Shown: positions 61,301 through 64,000 of the stretch, piece after piece
Position numbering within the stretch: position 1 is the stretch's first letter
Layout: each line of letters begins with the position of its first letter
Source of the DNA: Azolla caroliniana
Lineage: Eukaryota > Plantae > Polypodiophyta
DNA length: 64,000 nucleotides
Direction of reading: 5' to 3'
Assembly: GCA_043228905.1 (NCBI GenBank)
Contig: JBHGNT010000017.1
Location: 7,068,001 to 7,132,000, forward strand
Program-made: the position numbers and the translations under genes
The notes under the pieces: generated by a model
The model's database searches: none
Told to the model about the DNA's origin: nothing
What the model saw: only the letters and a program-made list of their open reading frames with translations

Positions 61301-64000
61301 GACGGCTTACGCGTAAAGAGAAAGGGAAGAAGAAAGGTGTCGGATTCCGGCACGGATAGGAACAAGTCAGACCGACGCGAGTCCGACTCCGAGGGAACCG
61401 GTGACGAGTCTTTAAAGGTGAAGTCCGCATTGACCGAGAAGGCCTCGACATCGGCTATTGCGAGATTACGCCGATCTACTCGCCAGAAGAATCCTATCTT
61501 GCGGTTCGGATACAACAAGTACATGGCGCATCACTATGCGTACATGACCCGTGTAGTAGAAGTGCGTGAGCCGGAGAGCTACGCAGAAGCGGCCAAAGAC
61601 GCGAATTGGCGTGCCGCGATGGAGGAAGAGATGCACGCATTGGCGGAGAACGAGACTTGGGACCTGGTTGATGCACCAAGAGGAGTAAAACCGATTGGGT
61701 GTAGGTGGGTGTACAAAGTCAAGTACAACACCGATGGCTCGGTCAACCGGTACAAGGCTCGGCTAGTGGCAAAGGGCTACGCGCAGAAACACGGCATCGA
61801 CTACGATGAGACGTTTGCGCCGGTTGCGAAAATGACGACTGTCCGTGTTTTGCTTGCAGTAGGTGCGATGAAGGAGTGGCACTTAGATCAGATGGATGTA
61901 AAGAATGCGTTCTTGCAAGGTGACCTTGAGGAACAGGTGTACATGACACAGCCCCCCGGATTTTACTCCGGAACGAACTCCTCGGCAGTATGTCGACTGA
62001 AGAAGTCCCTTTATGGACTGAAGCAAGCCCCGCGTGCTTGGAACGCGAAGATTACGCAACAACTGCGTCGGATGGGCTTCGTCACATCAAAATCGAACTC
62101 TTCTCTATTCATCCGGAAAGGTCGACTCGGACCGGTTAGTATTTTACTATATGTTGATGACTTGGTCATCACCGGCGCCGACCTAGGTGAAATCGACTGC
62201 GTGAAGCTCCAACTTGCGGTATCGTTCAACATGAAGGATCTGGGGGACCTTCATTATTTCCTCGGGATCGAAGTGATCCGTACCCCCGAAGGCATATTGA
62301 TCAGCCAACGTCATTACGTGTTGAGTATGCTCCTCAAATTCGGGATGGCCAACTGTAAGTCCGTCTCGACTCCTCTGGACCGAACCGTCAAGCTTCGTCC
62401 TGATACGGGAAAGGTATGCGACCCGACAAGGTTCCGACAAATTATCGGAAGCCTCATATACTTGACCATCACCCGACCCGACCTCAGTTATCCGAGGAGC
62501 ACCTTCAGTGTGCGCAACGCATACTTCGGCATGTCAACGGCACTAAGGACCGGGGACTGCTATATCGGACCGGTGCAGCCGCGCAGTTAGTCGGCTACAC
62601 CGATGCTGATTCGGCTGGCAATGCCGCCGATTGCCGATCCACGTCCGGATACGCGTTCTCCCTCGGGAGTGCCGCGATCGCGTGGAGCAATAAGAAGCAG
62701 CCGACAGTTGCACTGTCGAGCACCGAAGCTGAGTACCGAGGGGCGGCTGTCGCGACATGTGAAGCCATATGGTTGAGGCGGCTACTTAAGGACCTGCAAG
62801 CGGAGGTGTTAGATCCGACGACGATCTACTACGACAACCTCAGCAGCATCCAGCTCACGAAAAACCCCGTTTTCCAAGCACGGACCAAGCACATTGAGGT
62901 GCACTACCATTTCGTCCGTGAGCGTGTCCTTTCCGGTGAAGTCGAACTTTAGTACACTCCAACGAATCGGCAGACTCCCGACATCTTCACCAAGTCTCTT
63001 GGTCTGGACAAGTTGCGGCAATTCTCGGGTGCGCTCGGATTGCGTCACCTCGACGTGCCAAACTTGAGGGGGAGAACAGTCCCAAACGACCAAGCAAGGC
63101 AGCAGGAAAGGAGCTGAGACCACGACACCGAGTCGGTTGACTCGGTTGTCGAGTTCGAGTTCGGATCGGATGAAGAAGCCGAGGGCGGACCCGCAGAAAA
63201 GTCCGGAAGCGGACAGAAGGGTAACAGTCGAAGGAGAGAGCCGAAGCCAACCACGCATGGGGAAGACGACGTCATCGAGGGCGAAAAGACCGAAGACAAG
63301 TTGGAGATAGCCAACTCGGACGAGAGCGAAAACCGATCGGAGGTAGCCGAGTTGGTTCCGATGTTTGATTCAGATATGCTGAATCAACCGAGGCCCAAAC
63401 GGAAGAAAAGGTAGCAGGAGAAGCGTCAACACCGCAACAGCAGAAGAGCTGATAAGGGCCACATGAGCGGACAAGCCAACCGGAAGGGTCGAAGCGCGCG
63501 GAGTCGAACAGGTCGAGGAGCACGAGTGAGGCGTGAAGCCAGGAGGAACCGAAGCTGTGAGCCCAAAGATCCCGAAGAGCCTCAAGTTGAGCTTGAGGGG
63601 GAGTGTTGAGAGACAAGCTCAACATCGGCCGGATCGGCTGAAGAAGCCGAGGACCGGATCGGTTGGGACCGATCGGTTAGGCCGAATGTGTAAACCGGTA
63701 CGCAGACCGGTGCGTAGGTAGGGCCGGATCGGTGCGTAAACCGGGAGGCCGTTACGAAAGATATTCCGTGAGGAATATATTTGGGAGTTAGTGTAGGAGC
63801 TCTGAATGAGCATTGAAGTATTGTCAGTCCTTCTAGGACTTGTATAAAAGTGTTCATTGAACACACATATGTATAGAGTGGTGAATAGAGTGTTGAATAT
63901 ACTTCTTGTCATTTTTCCTCTCTCATTCTCTTTGTCTCTCCCGCGTATACTGTGTAAGCTCAAGCTCTCCATTAAATCTGAGTTTTCATCCTTCTGTTCG
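58332..64000 (+). mobile_element. Degenerate near full-length Copia; 5' LTR 58332-58763, 3' LTR from 63604 running off the window
   Basis: PBS TGGTATCAGAGC at 58764; gag, WYVDSGASNH, IHSDVWGP, LLYVDDL, RTKHIEVHYHF in several frames; LTRs differ at about 10 sites in the visible ~400 bp; 5' LTR begins TC instead of TG. Confidence 0.95.

Overview
Eukaryotic land-plant nuclear DNA (probably a fern or other seed-free plant, inferred from the 18S fragment and TE types), mostly transposon-derived. One intact host gene: a 5-exon plastid-type D-amino-acid transaminase/ADC lyase (PLP fold IV, 4915-12614, +) whose ATG lies about 70 bp after the 3' tail of a near full-length CR1/L2/RTEX-group LINE. Downstream are an orphan 18S rRNA 5' fragment and a nested LTR cluster that includes a very young intact Copia (34522-39872; 1337-aa ORF, LTRs differing at one site, TSD TGGTG). 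Further on are a glycine-rich RNA-binding-protein retrocopy split by a Gypsy element (TSD ACGAA), a Pack-MULE carrying a PB1-domain gene fragment (9-bp TSD), an L1 3' fragment and a degenerate Copia running off the window. The most unusual signal is that three separate Gypsy-type elements lack a polypurine tract. Each instead carries, 2 nt before the 3' LTR, a conserved structured sense copy of a tRNA 3' end (GTGGGTTCGA-hairpin-GTCCCACAGGYGTGCCA), suggesting tRNA-primed plus-strand synthesis. Three LINE 3' ends also share a covarying stem-loop plus GACGATAA motif with different microsatellite tails. All calls are by eye; no database searches were run.
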